A stretch of 64,000 nt of DNA from Methanocorpusculum sp. (GCA_965229365.1 OZ245878.1:1472820-1536819); one strand, 5' to 3'; counted from the first letter of the stretch, positions 1 through 10,954 are shown. The notes: a model not told the origin generated them from the sequence alone. A program made the numbers and translations.

Positions 1-594
1 ACGAAGCCGCATACGATCAATATCATCGTCACGTCGAACGAGGGTTTTTCCGAGGCCGCTCTTCTTGAAACGATTATTACCGCGACCGAGGCGAAAGCCC
101 ATGCCCTCCGCCTCCTCGGCCGGGATTTCACCGGTACAACATCGGATGCCGTGATCGCAGCGTCCGAGGGACCTGTCAAATATACATATGCAGGGACCTT
201 CACTGAGCCTGGAAAACGCATCTACGCCGCCGCCCTTCACGGCGTTATGGAAGCGGTCAAACGCCACGAGGATACGGTCGAAGCGGCCGCCCCCACCTAC
301 TTCATCTACTCCAGATATAACGATCACGGCTGGTTCGAATGGAAAAAAGAGGGATGTCCGTATTACCCCTGTCATTTCGCCGGTCAGTCCTGTGATTCCT
401 GTTACTGCCCGTTCTATCCTTGTCATGACGAATCTCTTGGCGAATGGATCGACAGCTCTTCAAGCGGTCAGAAGGTCTGGGCATGTACGAACTGCCTGCT
501 TCTTCACAAACCGAACGTCGCCGATTATCTCAAAAAACATCCCGATGCAACGCTTGCTGAACTGAAAAAAGTAGACGAAGATACAAATCAATAA
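1..594 (+). CDS. 5'-truncated conserved protein; N-terminal part possibly adenosylcobinamide amidohydrolase (CbiZ)-like, C-terminal cysteine-rich small domain (CPYYPCH...CDSCYCPFYPCH...CTNC)
   Basis: Open frame runs from window position 1 into the listed ORF 151..594. Dense CxxC/CP motifs at the C-terminus are typical of the archaeal Cys-rich small metal-binding domain. N-terminal assignment is from memory of family association only. Confidence 0.35.
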   Translation, partial: TKPHTINIIVTSNEGFSEAALLETIITATEAKAHALRLLGRDFTGTTSDAVIAASEGPVKYTYAGTFTEPGKRIYAAALHGVMEAVKRHEDTVEAAAPTYFIYSRYNDHGWFEWKKEGCPYYPCHFAGQSCDSCYCPFYPCHDESLGEWIDSSSSGQKVWACTNCLLLHKPNVADYLKKHPDATLAELKKVDEDTNQ

Positions 595-712
595 TATTTG
601 CAAATACTTTTTTTGCTGAAATTACTGCTTACTGTTTTTGCGGAGAGAATTCTCTGACCGCACTTCATTTTGAAAAGAATAAAAAAATAGTGAAGGTAAT
701 TTGCGGGGGGTT

Positions 713-1963
713 TTAGACCCAGCCGCGGACTTTCATACCTTCAACTACACGTGATACTGCAACAACGTATGCTGCCTGACGCATGTTGATCTTATATTCT
801 TTGGATGCTTTCAGGACGTCGTGGTAGGACTTGGTCATTGCTGCATCGAGTTTTGCGTAGACGTCGTCGAGAGTCCAGTAGTGCATATACATATTCTGGA
901 CCATCTCGTAGTAGGATACAGTTACTCCGCCTGCATTGCACAGGAAGTCGGGGATAACGTGTACGCCGTTCTTGTAGAGGATTGCGTCTCCTTCCGGAGT
1001 GGTCGGGCCGTTTGCGAGTTCGCAGATGACCTTTGCCTTGACGGTCGGGGCGACCTTCTCGTTGATTGCTCCCTCATCAGGTGCTGCGGCGACAATGACA
1101 TCAACAGGGAGTGCCATGACTTCATCGTTGGTGAGGGTCTTGAGACCTTTGTAGCCGACGACGGATTTGGTCTGTGCCTTGTGGGCTGCAACTGCTGCGA
1201 TGTCAAGTCCGTTCTCGTCGTAGATACCGCCTTTCGAGTCGGTCACTGCGACAACTTTGGAGCCGAACATTTCCTGGACGAGCGTGGATGCGAATGCACC
1301 TGCATTTCCGTATCCGAGGATTGCGACTTTTGCAGTCTTCAGGTCAAGGTTGAGCTCTTTTGCTGCTTCACGGAGGGTGAACAGTCCGCCTTTTGCGGTG
1401 GAGTCACCACGGCAGAGTGAGCCGCCGATAACGAGTGGTTTGCCTGTCAGAAGACCGAACTGGTTCTTGCCCTGAATGACGGAGTACTCGTCCATCATCC
1501 ATGCCATGATCTGACCGTCTGTGTATACATCCGGTGCCGGGACATCAGTGTCGGGACCGATGTTCTTCCAGATTGCACGGATATAAGCGCGGCTCATGCG
1601 TTCAAGTTCGCCCTTGGACATTTCCTTCGGGTTGCAGATGATACCGCCTTTTCCTCCGCCGAGCGGAAGGTTCATTACTGCGCACTTCCAGGTCATCCAT
1701 GCTGAGAGAGCACGAACGGTGTCGATCGTCTCTTCAGGGTGATACCGGATTCCTCCCTTATATGGTCCGAGTGCATTGTTGTACTGTAAACGGAATCCCT
1801 GGAAAACCCGGGTGGTGTCGTCGTCCATCTTGACGGGGATAGATACCTGAATCTGTCTCTGCGGTTGCATGAGGATATCAACAACGCCCTGATCGAGCTT
1901 GAGGATTTTTGCACAATCCATAAGCTGATGCTGGGCCATTTCAAACGGGTTTACCTTCGACAT
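713..1963 (-). CDS. gdhA: NAD(P)-dependent glutamate dehydrogenase
   Basis: 416 aa; K-G-G-x-R Glu/Leu/Phe/Val dehydrogenase motif (KGGIRYHP), GGGKGG and GYGNAG Rossmann motifs. Confidence 0.9.
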   Translation of the reverse strand: MSKVNPFEMAQHQLMDCAKILKLDQGVVDILMQPQRQIQVSIPVKMDDDTTRVFQGFRLQYNNALGPYKGGIRYHPEETIDTVRALSAWMTWKCAVMNLPLGGGKGGIICNPKEMSKGELERMSRAYIRAIWKNIGPDTDVPAPDVYTDGQIMAWMMDEYSVIQGKNQFGLLTGKPLVIGGSLCRGDSTAKGGLFTLREAAKELNLDLKTAKVAILGYGNAGAFASTLVQEMFGSKVVAVTDSKGGIYDENGLDIAAVAAHKAQTKSVVGYKGLKTLTNDEVMALPVDVIVAAAPDEGAINEKVAPTVKAKVICELANGPTTPEGDAILYKNGVHVIPDFLCNAGGVTVSYYEMVQNMYMHYWTLDDVYAKLDAAMTKSYHDVLKASKEYKINMRQAAYVVAVSRVVEGMKVRGWV

Positions 1964-2225
1964 GGTTTGTTTCCTGCCAATCGCACGGAACTCTAGAGTT
2001 CAACTGCGTTGTGACAATTAACGTTAGGATTCCCCGTATAAAACATATCGTGTTATTTCCGATTCAGGCCGATATTCTCGATGCATTTCTAAAAATACTC
2101 TATAATTACCGGGATTTTTATTTCAGGCTTTGAGCGTGGTATTTGCATGATACGTGTTAGCATGGCACCATCCGCCCGGATGAAATAAACGGAAAAAAGA
2201 TTGGAAAACGCGCATAAAAATAGGA

Positions 2226-3074
2226 TTATGAATATTTATACCAGCGCCCCTTCTCGTCAACAGTTCCCTGCTGGTTTTCCTGGGACGGCTGAGCGGGAAG
2301 AGTGAGAAGTCCGCGTTTATAGAAGCAGGCCTTGTAGGAGACAAAAATCGGGACAAAGATCAAGGCACAGATCGCGAGAGCCATGCATCCGGATGAAATG
2401 ATCTCGGGGGAGGTAAACAGGGCCAGAAGTTCTTCCTGGGACATTGAGAGGATATCCGCCTCGTTCATCTGCGTGATCGGGGTCAGTACATCCGCTGCTA
2501 AAAGTGGCCATATCGCGGAAAAGATAAATGACGCGGCGAAAAAGATCGCGACGTTGAAGAGATAGAATACCGTGACCGAGATCGATCCGGTCGTCACCCG
2601 GAGAGCGCTGTCTTTGATTGCCCGAAACGCGGAAAAATTATTGACCATCGCGGAGATGTCGGCAAAGTATAAGAAGAATACCAGCGGGATGATCAGGAAT
2701 ATGCTGAAGTAGAACGCTGTATCGACGGAAATGCCGAGCATCAGCAGTATATACGTCAGCGTGTTGGAAAGCACGAATCCGATCATAAGAACGACAACAT
2801 TCGGGATAAGGCATCTGAAGTATCCGTACACCGCATATTTTCTGAAATCGGCCGAAGATGATTTCTCCCCGATGATGATCCCGTAGGTGCCTGCAAGAAA
2901 TGCCGGGAAGACCAGCAGAAGGACGATGCCAACCGTAAATGCTGCAATTGATCCGAAAATCGTGAAGATATAGTAGGTAAACAGAATGGAAAATGCGGCA
3001 AAAAGCCCGGGCATCCATACGAGCGGCTTTTTGGCGAGCAGGCCAAGCGCTTCCGACAACGATTTGAGGGCCAT
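2226..3074 (-). CDS. polytopic integral membrane protein, function unknown
   Basis: 282 aa with about 7-8 long hydrophobic segments; no recognisable catalytic motif. Confidence 0.4.
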   Translation of the reverse strand: MALKSLSEALGLLAKKPLVWMPGLFAAFSILFTYYIFTIFGSIAAFTVGIVLLLVFPAFLAGTYGIIIGEKSSSADFRKYAVYGYFRCLIPNVVVLMIGFVLSNTLTYILLMLGISVDTAFYFSIFLIIPLVFFLYFADISAMVNNFSAFRAIKDSALRVTTGSISVTVFYLFNVAIFFAASFIFSAIWPLLAADVLTPITQMNEADILSMSQEELLALFTSPEIISSGCMALAICALIFVPIFVSYKACFYKRGLLTLPAQPSQENQQGTVDEKGRWYKYS

Positions 3075-3075
3075 C

Positions 3076-3663
3076 TCAGCGGTTCCTTGGCATCGCTACA
3101 AATTCCCTGACCTGCAGATCGAAGAAAGCCGCCGTGTGGGCCGGTTTGATAACCACTGCCGTATCGGCCCCCTCGATGGTCCCTCCGACCGCGATGACTT
3201 CGTCGGATACCGATATCACTCCCTGATCTGCGGCGATCAGAACACACTCGACGGCGACTTTCATCCCGATCGCCACCGTCCGCCTGAATGCTTCTGCGAT
3301 GGCTTCGGTTCTGCTGCTTCCGCCAAGCCGCGGGTTCCGCGAGATCGCCCGTTCCAGACCGGAAAGGGAATGCGTGCCGCAGACAATCGTCACGCCAGCA
3401 GCTCTCAGCTCTTCTGCGAGTTGGGGGTCAAAATTCCAAACCCCCGGTTTGGAAAATCCCACGGCGTTGGCCACGACCACGAGACGAAGGTTCGTCCCCT
3501 TCATCACCTCGAAAAAGATTTTTGCCGTGTATCCTCCGGAACTTGCCACAACGATCGTTGAAAGTCCAAGCTCCTTTACACGCTGTACGGCGATCTCTGC
3601 GCAGTCCCGGGTATTTTCTTTTCCCGGTTCGCTGAAGTATGTGATGGTTTTCTCGATTTTCAT
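3076..3663 (-). CDS. stand-alone pyruvate-kinase C-terminal (alpha/beta) domain-like protein
   Basis: 195 aa; SSGGYTA ... VVIKPAHTA pattern resembles archaeal PK_C-domain-only proteins; weak recall-based call. Confidence 0.4.
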   Translation of the reverse strand: MKIEKTITYFSEPGKENTRDCAEIAVQRVKELGLSTIVVASSGGYTAKIFFEVMKGTNLRLVVVANAVGFSKPGVWNFDPQLAEELRAAGVTIVCGTHSLSGLERAISRNPRLGGSSRTEAIAEAFRRTVAIGMKVAVECVLIAADQGVISVSDEVIAVGGTIEGADTAVVIKPAHTAAFFDLQVREFVAMPRNR

Positions 3664-3667
3664 GTTT

Positions 3668-3940
3668 TTACTCCCGTTTAATCGTAAAATCTGTGAAATC
3701 GGTCAGAACATAGCCCGTGCATTTCATATCCCTGATGATTGCACGCGGACAGGAGTAGATCATGGCCAGAAACTTTTCGATGATGACCTCCTCACCTGTC
3801 ACAAGGACCCTGACCCGGCCGTCGGATAAATTCTCCACTTCGCCGCACAATCCCAAGTTTAATGCTGCATTTCTTACACAGGCGCGAAAGCCGACTTTTT
3901 GTACTCTTCCTGAGAAGAGGATCTCCATTGTCTGTTTCAT
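3668..3940 (-). CDS. acyP: acylphosphatase
   Basis: 90 aa; VQKVGFRACV ... GEVENLSDGRVRV matches the two acylphosphatase signature regions. Confidence 0.65.
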   Translation of the reverse strand: MKQTMEILFSGRVQKVGFRACVRNAALNLGLCGEVENLSDGRVRVLVTGEEVIIEKFLAMIYSCPRAIIRDMKCTGYVLTDFTDFTIKRE

Positions 3941-4047
3941 GAGCGTCTGACCTAGTTGTTATCTTTAGTTTGTCATTCGATGTTTAATAACTCGTTTGTA
4001 CAACAAAAACCCTCTTCATCTAAAAGCACAAATATCACTAGTCAATC

Positions 4048-5325
4048 ATGCTCGATATCAAATTCGTCAGAGCCCACCCGGAAGTCGTTCTGGCAGATCT
4101 GGAAAAACGCCAGGATGCCGAGAAACTCCTCTGGGTCGATACGGTTCTTCAACAGGATAAACTTTTCCGCGAACTCACCGTCAAAAACAATGAACTTCGC
4201 GCCAGAAGAAATCAGATAGCAAAAGAGATCAATGCTTACAAAAAAGAGGGGAAGGATCCCGCTCCTCTTTTTGCCGAGGCAAAGGCTATGCAGGGACTGA
4301 TCAAGGAAAACGACGATATCATGGAAAAGGCGACCGAGCAGGTAAGATATTACCTGATGCGTCTGCCTAATATTCTCCACGAAAGCGTTCCTTATGGAAA
4401 AGATGACACGGAAAACGTTGTCGTGAAGAAAGTGGGCACGCCGAGATCCCTTGATTTCGAGCTGAAAAACCACGGGGAACTCGCCGCGGAAAACGGCTGG
4501 GCCGACTTCGAGCGTGCCACGAAAACAAGCGGCGCCGGATTCTATTTCCTGAAAGGCAACCTTGCTCTCCTCGATATGGCTCTCCAGAGATTTGCTCTGG
4601 ATACGATCATTGCCAAAGGCTATACGCCGATCATCCCGCCGTACATGATGAATAGAAAATCCTACGAAGAGGTCACCGATCTTGGCGACTTCGAGAAGGT
4701 CATGTACAAGATCGAGGATGACGACGCCTATCTCATAGCCACTGCAGAGCACCCGATGGCGGCCATGTATCAGGACGAGATCTTCGAAGAGAAGGATCTC
4801 CACCTCAAAATGGTGGGCATCTCGCCTTGCTTCCGCCGCGAGATCGGCGCTCACGGACTCGACTCCCGCGGTCTGTTCCGTGTCCACCAGTTCACCAAGA
4901 TCGAACAGTTCATCTACTGCATGCCGGAAAAATCCTGGGAGATGCATGAGGAACTTCTCGCCAACGCCGAGGAGATCTTCACCAAACTCGGGTTACCCTA
5001 CAGGGTCGTGAACATCTGTACCGGTGATATAGGAACTGTTGCCGCCAAAAAATACGATATGGAGGCCTGGATGCCGCGGGACAACGAGTACCGCGAAGTA
5101 GTGTCCTGTTCGAATTGTACTGCATATCAGTCGGTCCATCTGAATATCCGCGTTCGCGATGCGCACGATTTCGAATCCAAAAATTGGCTCCATACTCTCA
5201 ATTCAACGGCGGTCGCCACCTCCCGCGCTCTGCGCTGCATTCTTGAAAACTACCAGACCAAAGACGGCAAAGTCGAGATCCCAAAAGTCCTCCGCCCGTA
5301 CATGAATGGTCTGGAGTATCTCTAA
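4048..5325 (+). CDS. serS: seryl-tRNA synthetase
   Basis: 425 aa; N-terminal coiled-coil arm, class II aaRS motifs (FRREIGAHGLDSRGLFRVHQF, GTVAAKKYDMEAWMP). Confidence 0.9.
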   Translation: MLDIKFVRAHPEVVLADLEKRQDAEKLLWVDTVLQQDKLFRELTVKNNELRARRNQIAKEINAYKKEGKDPAPLFAEAKAMQGLIKENDDIMEKATEQVRYYLMRLPNILHESVPYGKDDTENVVVKKVGTPRSLDFELKNHGELAAENGWADFERATKTSGAGFYFLKGNLALLDMALQRFALDTIIAKGYTPIIPPYMMNRKSYEEVTDLGDFEKVMYKIEDDDAYLIATAEHPMAAMYQDEIFEEKDLHLKMVGISPCFRREIGAHGLDSRGLFRVHQFTKIEQFIYCMPEKSWEMHEELLANAEEIFTKLGLPYRVVNICTGDIGTVAAKKYDMEAWMPRDNEYREVVSCSNCTAYQSVHLNIRVRDAHDFESKNWLHTLNSTAVATSRALRCILENYQTKDGKVEIPKVLRPYMNGLEYL

Positions 5326-5336
5326 CCTTTTTTTGA
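5326..5336 (+). terminator. oligo-T tract immediately after serS stop (archaeal-type terminator candidate)
   Basis: cctttttttga directly after the TAA stop. Confidence 0.25.
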
Positions 5337-5339
5337 TTC

Positions 5340-6684
5340 GAGTCTGTCCAATCGTGGATTCTGTGATATAAACTCATCCCCCATTTACTCTTGTCGACTT
5401 TTTTGGAGGGGAACAATACCTTTATGTATCCCTGCGCCGAGTGGTATGTCTGAATTTCAAGACGAATACGAACGTATTTTCAACAATGGAGTCATCCCTC
5501 CAGATATGTCCATTTGCTGGCTCATGTCCCAGCTCAACATTAGTGACATTGTACGAAAAATCGAACAAACTTATTATTCACCTCATCTTCGCGATTATTT
5601 TCATTATCCCATTGATTTTCTGATAAAACTGACTGTTGTCATGACTTATCGCAGAATAGCCTATCGTCATATTAGGCGTAAAATAACGGAAGAAGATCTC
5701 AGACACCTTCTTCCGGCAAAATCACCACTCTGGTTACCTTCGCCGAGTACGTTGCATTACTGTGTGAAATATCGGTTAGGTGAGGAGGGTATGGAAGTTC
5801 TTATGTTTTTGATAAGCAAAAAGATTGTCCATTTCCTCAAATCCGAAACCGAGGTAATTATCGATTCCACTCCTTTAGTTGCAAGCCGTTATTGTCCCAA
5901 TAGTCTGTTTAACCCTCATTATCAGGTTAAAATGGATAAAGCACATATTTTGAATCTGGGGGCTTATCCCTTGTTTATGATTCATTCAGAAGGAACGGAG
6001 AATGACAAACCCTATGCGCATTTTTTGATTCAGATTGCCGAACTTCTCGGCGTATCCTGTGATCGTGTATTGATGGATGCGGGATATGACTCCCTAGAGC
6101 TACACACGTTAATATTTGAGAAACTTCATGCAAAACCCCTTATTCAACTAAGATCTGACGCGCAATTGTCCCAATTAGGTTCAGAGAAGACCATAATAAA
6201 ACAGATCAATACGTTCTGGAGAAAAGGAGTAAATGCCCAAATGTCTCTTACAGAAAAACTGGTATTTCTCTGCAAGAATGGTAAACGGGAGATGGTAGGA
6301 GCATATCTCAGAAATCAGACTATTCTTCATGGAAGGGAGGTAAAAGATGCTATGAAAAGGCGGGGAACGCGCGAACGTAAGCATGCACACCTCAAAAAAA
6401 CCGTCAAATTTGATGTGGTGCATTGCAAGAAAAACAACAGAGCGCTCTCTGCAATAATGAATTTTATAACGTTCCAATTATTGATGTTAGCCCATTTACA
6501 GAATAGATTTCAGAATATGAATTTTGCAAATTATCGATAAAAAGTCTAAAGAAGTCTGATTTGGCAGATTCCCTCCCAATCCCATGTCAATAGTGAAACG
6601 GTTTAATCATGATATTCCTAGGTGAAGTTATCTCGATCAAAAAAAACTCTGTCCAATGGATTGACGTATCGATTGGACAGACTC
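5340..6684 (+). mobile_element. IS element copy 1 (1345 bp) with perfect 15-bp terminal inverted repeats GAGTCTGTCCAATCG
   Basis: Left end gagtctgtccaatcg at 5340 and right end cgattggacagactc at 6670-6684. One DDE transposase ORF. Three near-identical copies elsewhere in the window. Confidence 0.85.
5446..6540 (+). CDS. DDE transposase of the repeated IS (IS4/IS5-superfamily-like; DSTPL ... LMDAGYDS motifs), intact copy
   Basis: 364 aa ORF; the only copy of four with an uninterrupted frame and ATG start. Confidence 0.75.
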   Translation: MSEFQDEYERIFNNGVIPPDMSICWLMSQLNISDIVRKIEQTYYSPHLRDYFHYPIDFLIKLTVVMTYRRIAYRHIRRKITEEDLRHLLPAKSPLWLPSPSTLHYCVKYRLGEEGMEVLMFLISKKIVHFLKSETEVIIDSTPLVASRYCPNSLFNPHYQVKMDKAHILNLGAYPLFMIHSEGTENDKPYAHFLIQIAELLGVSCDRVLMDAGYDSLELHTLIFEKLHAKPLIQLRSDAQLSQLGSEKTIIKQINTFWRKGVNAQMSLTEKLVFLCKNGKREMVGAYLRNQTILHGREVKDAMKRRGTRERKHAHLKKTVKFDVVHCKKNNRALSAIMNFITFQLLMLAHLQNRFQNMNFANYR

Positions 6685-6747
6685 GTTTATCCAAAGGATA
6701 TATCCCACAAGCTATATTGAAAAGCCGGACTAATAGTGTTTACATAA

Positions 6748-9693
6748 ATGACGGAACCCAAATATACATCGATATTGAAAATCGGCATCGACATCGGCTC
6801 GACCACCGTCAAAGTTGTAGTCCTTGATGAAGCAGACAATATTCTTTATCGGGCATATGAACGTCACTTTTCGAAGGTAAGGGAAAAAACGGGAGAACTC
6901 CTGAGTCGGGCTTCGGATATTCTTGACGGAAGAGAAGTTCGCATCCTGATCACCGGTTCGGCAGGTCTCGGGGTTGCAAAATCTGCCGAACTGCCGTTTA
7001 TTCAGGAGGTTTTCGCGACCGCAAAAGCCGTCATAAGCTACATCCCCAACGCAGACTCCGTGATAGAACTCGGAGGAGAGGATGCAAAGATCATCTTTTT
7101 TAAGGGGAGTCTCGAGGAACGGATGAACGGGAGCTGCGCCGGAGGGACGGGAGCTTTCATCGATCAGATGGCAACCCTGCTAAACGTGAGTGTCGAGGAA
7201 CTCGACAAACTCTCGCAAAATTTCGAAAAAATCTATCCGATTGCCTCGCGCTGCGGTGTTTTTGCAAAGACAGACATTCAGCCGATCCTCAATCAGGGTG
7301 GACGAAAAGAGGATGTGGCGGCATCCATTTACCAGGCAGTCGTTGACCAGACGATCGCCGGACTGACGCAGGGGAGAAGTCTTGGTGAGACGGTTGTGTT
7401 TTTGGGCGGGCCGCTGTATTATTACAAAGGTCTTAGAAAACGGTTTACCGAGACGCTCGGCCTCGACAATGAGCATGCAGTCTTCCCGGAAAACGGCGAC
7501 TGTTTCGCGGCGCTTGGGGCGGCACTCTCGACGGACGGATACGACACAATCATGTTCTGCGAAGTTCTGAGACGAATTCGGGAAAGCGTGGACGACGCAA
7601 CCCACACGAACACCATGCCCCCTCTTTTCACATCTCAGGAAGAGTATGAGGAGTTCTGCAGACGGCATAACAGCAGCACCCCGCTGGAAACCGACATATC
7701 ATCCTACATTGGTGACGCCTGGGTCGGCATTGATGCGGGAAGCACGACGACGAAACTCGTTTTAATCGATGAAGACTGCGGTCTTCTCTACACGTACTAC
7801 GGATCTAATCAGGGCAACCCGGTCGGGATCGTTCTCGCCGAACTCAAAAAAATCTACGAACTTGTCGGAGACAGGATCAAAATCAAAGGAAGTGCGGTCA
7901 CAGGATATGGAGAAGAGCTGATCAAAAACGCGTTCAATATGGATCTCGGCCTTGTCGAAACGATCGCTCATTATCGGGCCGCCAAGCACTTCAACCCGGA
8001 CGTGGACTTCATCATCGATATCGGGGGTCAGGATATGAAGTGCTTCAAGATCCAGAACGGTGCTGTCGACAGTATCTTCTTAAACGAAGCATGTTCATCC
8101 GGCTGCGGCTCGTTTATCGAGACGTTCGCCAGGGCTCTCGGCTACGAGATCGAGGAGTTCTCCAGACTCGGTCTGTTCGTCAAACATCCGGTGAACCTTG
8201 GGTCAAGATGCACGGTCTTCATGAACTCATCGGTCAAACAGGCACAGCGGGACGGAGCGACGGTCGCCGATATCTCTGCCGGACTGTCCATCTCGATCGT
8301 CAAAAATGCAGTCTACAAAGTCATACGTGCAGCAAGTGCCGATGATCTTGGAAAACACATCGTCGTTCAGGGAGGGATATTCAACAATGACGCGGTTCTT
8401 CGAAGTTTTGAACAGGAACTCAAGCGCCAGGTCACCCGGCCTGTCATTGCCGGGATATCGGGGGCATACGGCGCTGCGCTGTATGCAAAGGATACGGCAC
8501 CGGAGAACCCGGGGATGCTTAACCGGGATCAGCTTGCGGATTTTACCCACACGGCGAGACCCATCACCTGTAAACTTTGTACGAACCACTGCAGTCTGAC
8601 CATCAATACCTTCGACAACGGACGCCGGTTCATCTCGGGAAACAGATGCAGCAGACCTCTCGGAAAACAGAAGAACGATCTTCCGAATCTGGCGAAATGG
8701 AAGTATGACCGTCTGCGGTCCCTCACCGAAGTTCCCGGACCCCGCGGAAAGATCGGGATACCCTTTGGACTCAATATGTTCGAGAACCTCCCGTTCTGGC
8801 ACGCATTTTTTACCAGACTCGGTTTCGAAGTGGTGCTGTCTCCCGAATCATCCCGCAGCATCTACCGGCTCGGCCAACACACTATTCCTTCGGATACGGT
8901 CTGCTACCCGGCAAAACTTATGCACGGGCATGTTATTTCTCTGATTGATGAAGGTATTGACACGATCTTCTACCCCTGCATGCCCTACAACTTCGACGAA
9001 GGGGCGGGAGACAACCACTTCAACTGCCCGGTCGTCGCCTACTATCCGGAACTTCTTGCAGCAAATATCTCAGAACTTGAAAAAGTCAGGTTCCTGAATC
9101 CGTACTTCGGTCTGCACAGACCAAAAGATTTTGCAAAACGTGCCGCCGCCTACTTCAAAGGAGAGTTCGGCATTCCTGCACATGAAACAAAGGAGGCGGT
9201 CGATGCAGCATACAAGGCATATGAGAATTATAAAGCCGATATCCGTGCAGAAGGCGAGGAATATATCAAATATGCACGGGAGAACGGGAAAAAGATCCTC
9301 GTTATGGCTGGAAGACCCTATCACATCGACCCGGAGATCGGTCATGGGGTCGACGAACTTGCCGTATCTTATGGATTTGTTCTCATCAGCGAGGACTCGA
9401 TATCCCATCTCGTGAAAAAGGAGCCGAGAAAAGTATTGAATCAATGGACTTATCAGTCGAGACTTTACTCGGCTGCCAGATACGTCTGCACCCAACCGGA
9501 TATGGAATTGATCCAACTCGTCTCGTTCGGATGCGGGATCGACGCAATCACAACAGACGAGACCAGGGATATACTTGAATCGGGCGGCAAACTCTATACG
9601 CAGATCAAGATCGATGAGATCACCAATCTGGGAGCAATCAAGATCCGGCTTAGAAGTCTGATCGCAGCGGTCGAAGCACGGGAGAGAGCATAA
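6748..9693 (+). CDS. CoA-substrate-specific enzyme activase (two BadF/BadG/BcrA/BcrD-type ATPase domains) fused to a 2-hydroxyacyl-CoA-dehydratase-like C-terminal domain
   Basis: 981 aa. IGIDIGSTTVKVVV and IGIDAGSTTTKLVLID each open an ASKHA ATPase repeat. Cys-rich C-terminal domain. Confidence 0.7.
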   Translation: MTEPKYTSILKIGIDIGSTTVKVVVLDEADNILYRAYERHFSKVREKTGELLSRASDILDGREVRILITGSAGLGVAKSAELPFIQEVFATAKAVISYIPNADSVIELGGEDAKIIFFKGSLEERMNGSCAGGTGAFIDQMATLLNVSVEELDKLSQNFEKIYPIASRCGVFAKTDIQPILNQGGRKEDVAASIYQAVVDQTIAGLTQGRSLGETVVFLGGPLYYYKGLRKRFTETLGLDNEHAVFPENGDCFAALGAALSTDGYDTIMFCEVLRRIRESVDDATHTNTMPPLFTSQEEYEEFCRRHNSSTPLETDISSYIGDAWVGIDAGSTTTKLVLIDEDCGLLYTYYGSNQGNPVGIVLAELKKIYELVGDRIKIKGSAVTGYGEELIKNAFNMDLGLVETIAHYRAAKHFNPDVDFIIDIGGQDMKCFKIQNGAVDSIFLNEACSSGCGSFIETFARALGYEIEEFSRLGLFVKHPVNLGSRCTVFMNSSVKQAQRDGATVADISAGLSISIVKNAVYKVIRAASADDLGKHIVVQGGIFNNDAVLRSFEQELKRQVTRPVIAGISGAYGAALYAKDTAPENPGMLNRDQLADFTHTARPITCKLCTNHCSLTINTFDNGRRFISGNRCSRPLGKQKNDLPNLAKWKYDRLRSLTEVPGPRGKIGIPFGLNMFENLPFWHAFFTRLGFEVVLSPESSRSIYRLGQHTIPSDTVCYPAKLMHGHVISLIDEGIDTIFYPCMPYNFDEGAGDNHFNCPVVAYYPELLAANISELEKVRFLNPYFGLHRPKDFAKRAAAYFKGEFGIPAHETKEAVDAAYKAYENYKADIRAEGEEYIKYARENGKKILVMAGRPYHIDPEIGHGVDELAVSYGFVLISEDSISHLVKKEPRKVLNQWTYQSRLYSAARYVCTQPDMELIQLVSFGCGIDAITTDETRDILESGGKLYTQIKIDEITNLGAIKIRLRSLIAAVEARERA

Positions 9694-9694
9694 T

Positions 9695-10954
9695 ATGGCT
9701 GAATTAGTGTATGATGAGACCGGGCGGCTCCTTTTCACCGAAGAGATGAAAAATGAATACACGATCCTCATGCCCCAGATGCTTCCGGTGATGTTTCATC
9801 TTTTGAAGAGGATCATCGAGCTAGAGGGATATAAGATCGACATTCTGACTTCGACCAACCGGGAGATCGTAGAGACCGGGCTGAAATACGTGCATAATGA
9901 CACCTGCTATCCAGCCCTTCTCGTCATTGGTCAATTGATCGAGGCAGTCCAAAGCGGAAGATACGACCCGCACAAAGTAGCTCTTCTCATCAGCCAGACC
10001 GGAGGAGGATGCCGGGCCTCGAACTACATTCACCTGCTCAGAAAAGCGCTCAAAAAAGCGGGCTTAGAGTACATTCCGGTGATCTCGATCAATCTGTCGG
10101 GTCTGGAAAATAATCCCGGTTTTAAGATCCCCGTCTCGGTCGGCCGCCGGATGATTTATGGGATGATGTACGGAGACCTGCTGGTTCATCTCGGCAATCA
10201 GTGCAGAACGTATGAACTGGAGAAGGGAGCGACCGATTCCCTGATTTCGACATGGACCGATGATCTCGTCGATCTTTTCGTTCACGGAAAGGGAATGAGC
10301 CGCGGGCAGATGAAAAGATATATGGAAAAGATAACCCGCGAGTTTGCAGCGATCCAAAAAAGCGAAGAAAAGAAGATCAGGGTCGGAATCGTCGGCGAGA
10401 TTTATATCAAGTACGCTCCGCTTGGAAACAACAATCTCGAGGATTTCCTAACCAGTGAAAGTGTGGAAGTGATCGTTCCCGGAATCACCGACTTCATGCT
10501 GTTCAAATTTAACAACCGCTATGTGGATGTGGATCTGTACGGCGGAAGCAAGCTGAAAAAATTCGCAATCGGGGTCGCCCAGCGATATATTGAGAGCTGC
10601 CAGAAGATCATGATCGGTGTGATAAAAGACGAGGGAACATTTCGTGCCATGGGATCCTTTGCCGATCTGCAGAAACTCATCAAAGGATACCTCGGATATG
10701 GGAATAAAATGGGTGAAGGGTGGCTTCTTACTGCGGAGATGCTGAAACTTATACACTCAGGAACCAAAAACATTGTCTGTACACAGCCGTTTGGGTGTCT
10801 GCCGAATCATGTTGTCGGAAAAGGCATGATGAGAAGACTGAAAGTGGATTTTCCGGATTCAAATATTGTTGCTGTAGATTATGATCCCGGAGCTACAAGA
10901 ATCAATCAGGAAAACCGGATCAAACTTATGCTGGCCAACGCAAAGCGGGAATGA
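9695..10954 (+). CDS. activase-associated protein (DUF2229 / dehydratase D-component-like) partner of the upstream gene
   Basis: 419 aa, start overlaps the stop of the activase gene (ATAATATGG), the usual pairing of these two families. Confidence 0.55.
   Translation: MAELVYDETGRLLFTEEMKNEYTILMPQMLPVMFHLLKRIIELEGYKIDILTSTNREIVETGLKYVHNDTCYPALLVIGQLIEAVQSGRYDPHKVALLISQTGGGCRASNYIHLLRKALKKAGLEYIPVISINLSGLENNPGFKIPVSVGRRMIYGMMYGDLLVHLGNQCRTYELEKGATDSLISTWTDDLVDLFVHGKGMSRGQMKRYMEKITREFAAIQKSEEKKIRVGIVGEIYIKYAPLGNNNLEDFLTSESVEVIVPGITDFMLFKFNNRYVDVDLYGGSKLKKFAIGVAQRYIESCQKIMIGVIKDEGTFRAMGSFADLQKLIKGYLGYGNKMGEGWLLTAEMLKLIHSGTKNIVCTQPFGCLPNHVVGKGMMRRLKVDFPDSNIVAVDYDPGATRINQENRIKLMLANAKRE

Noticed and set aside
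821-1420. Plus-strand ORFs inside gdhA (821..1420, 922..1206, 1257..1475, 1693..1944)
   Set aside because: Antisense or alternate-frame shadows of the well-supported glutamate dehydrogenase gene.
6609-6827. 72-aa ORF spanning the IS copy 1 right end into the activase gene
   Set aside because: Starts inside the IS terminal region and overlaps the well-supported activase start; likely spurious.
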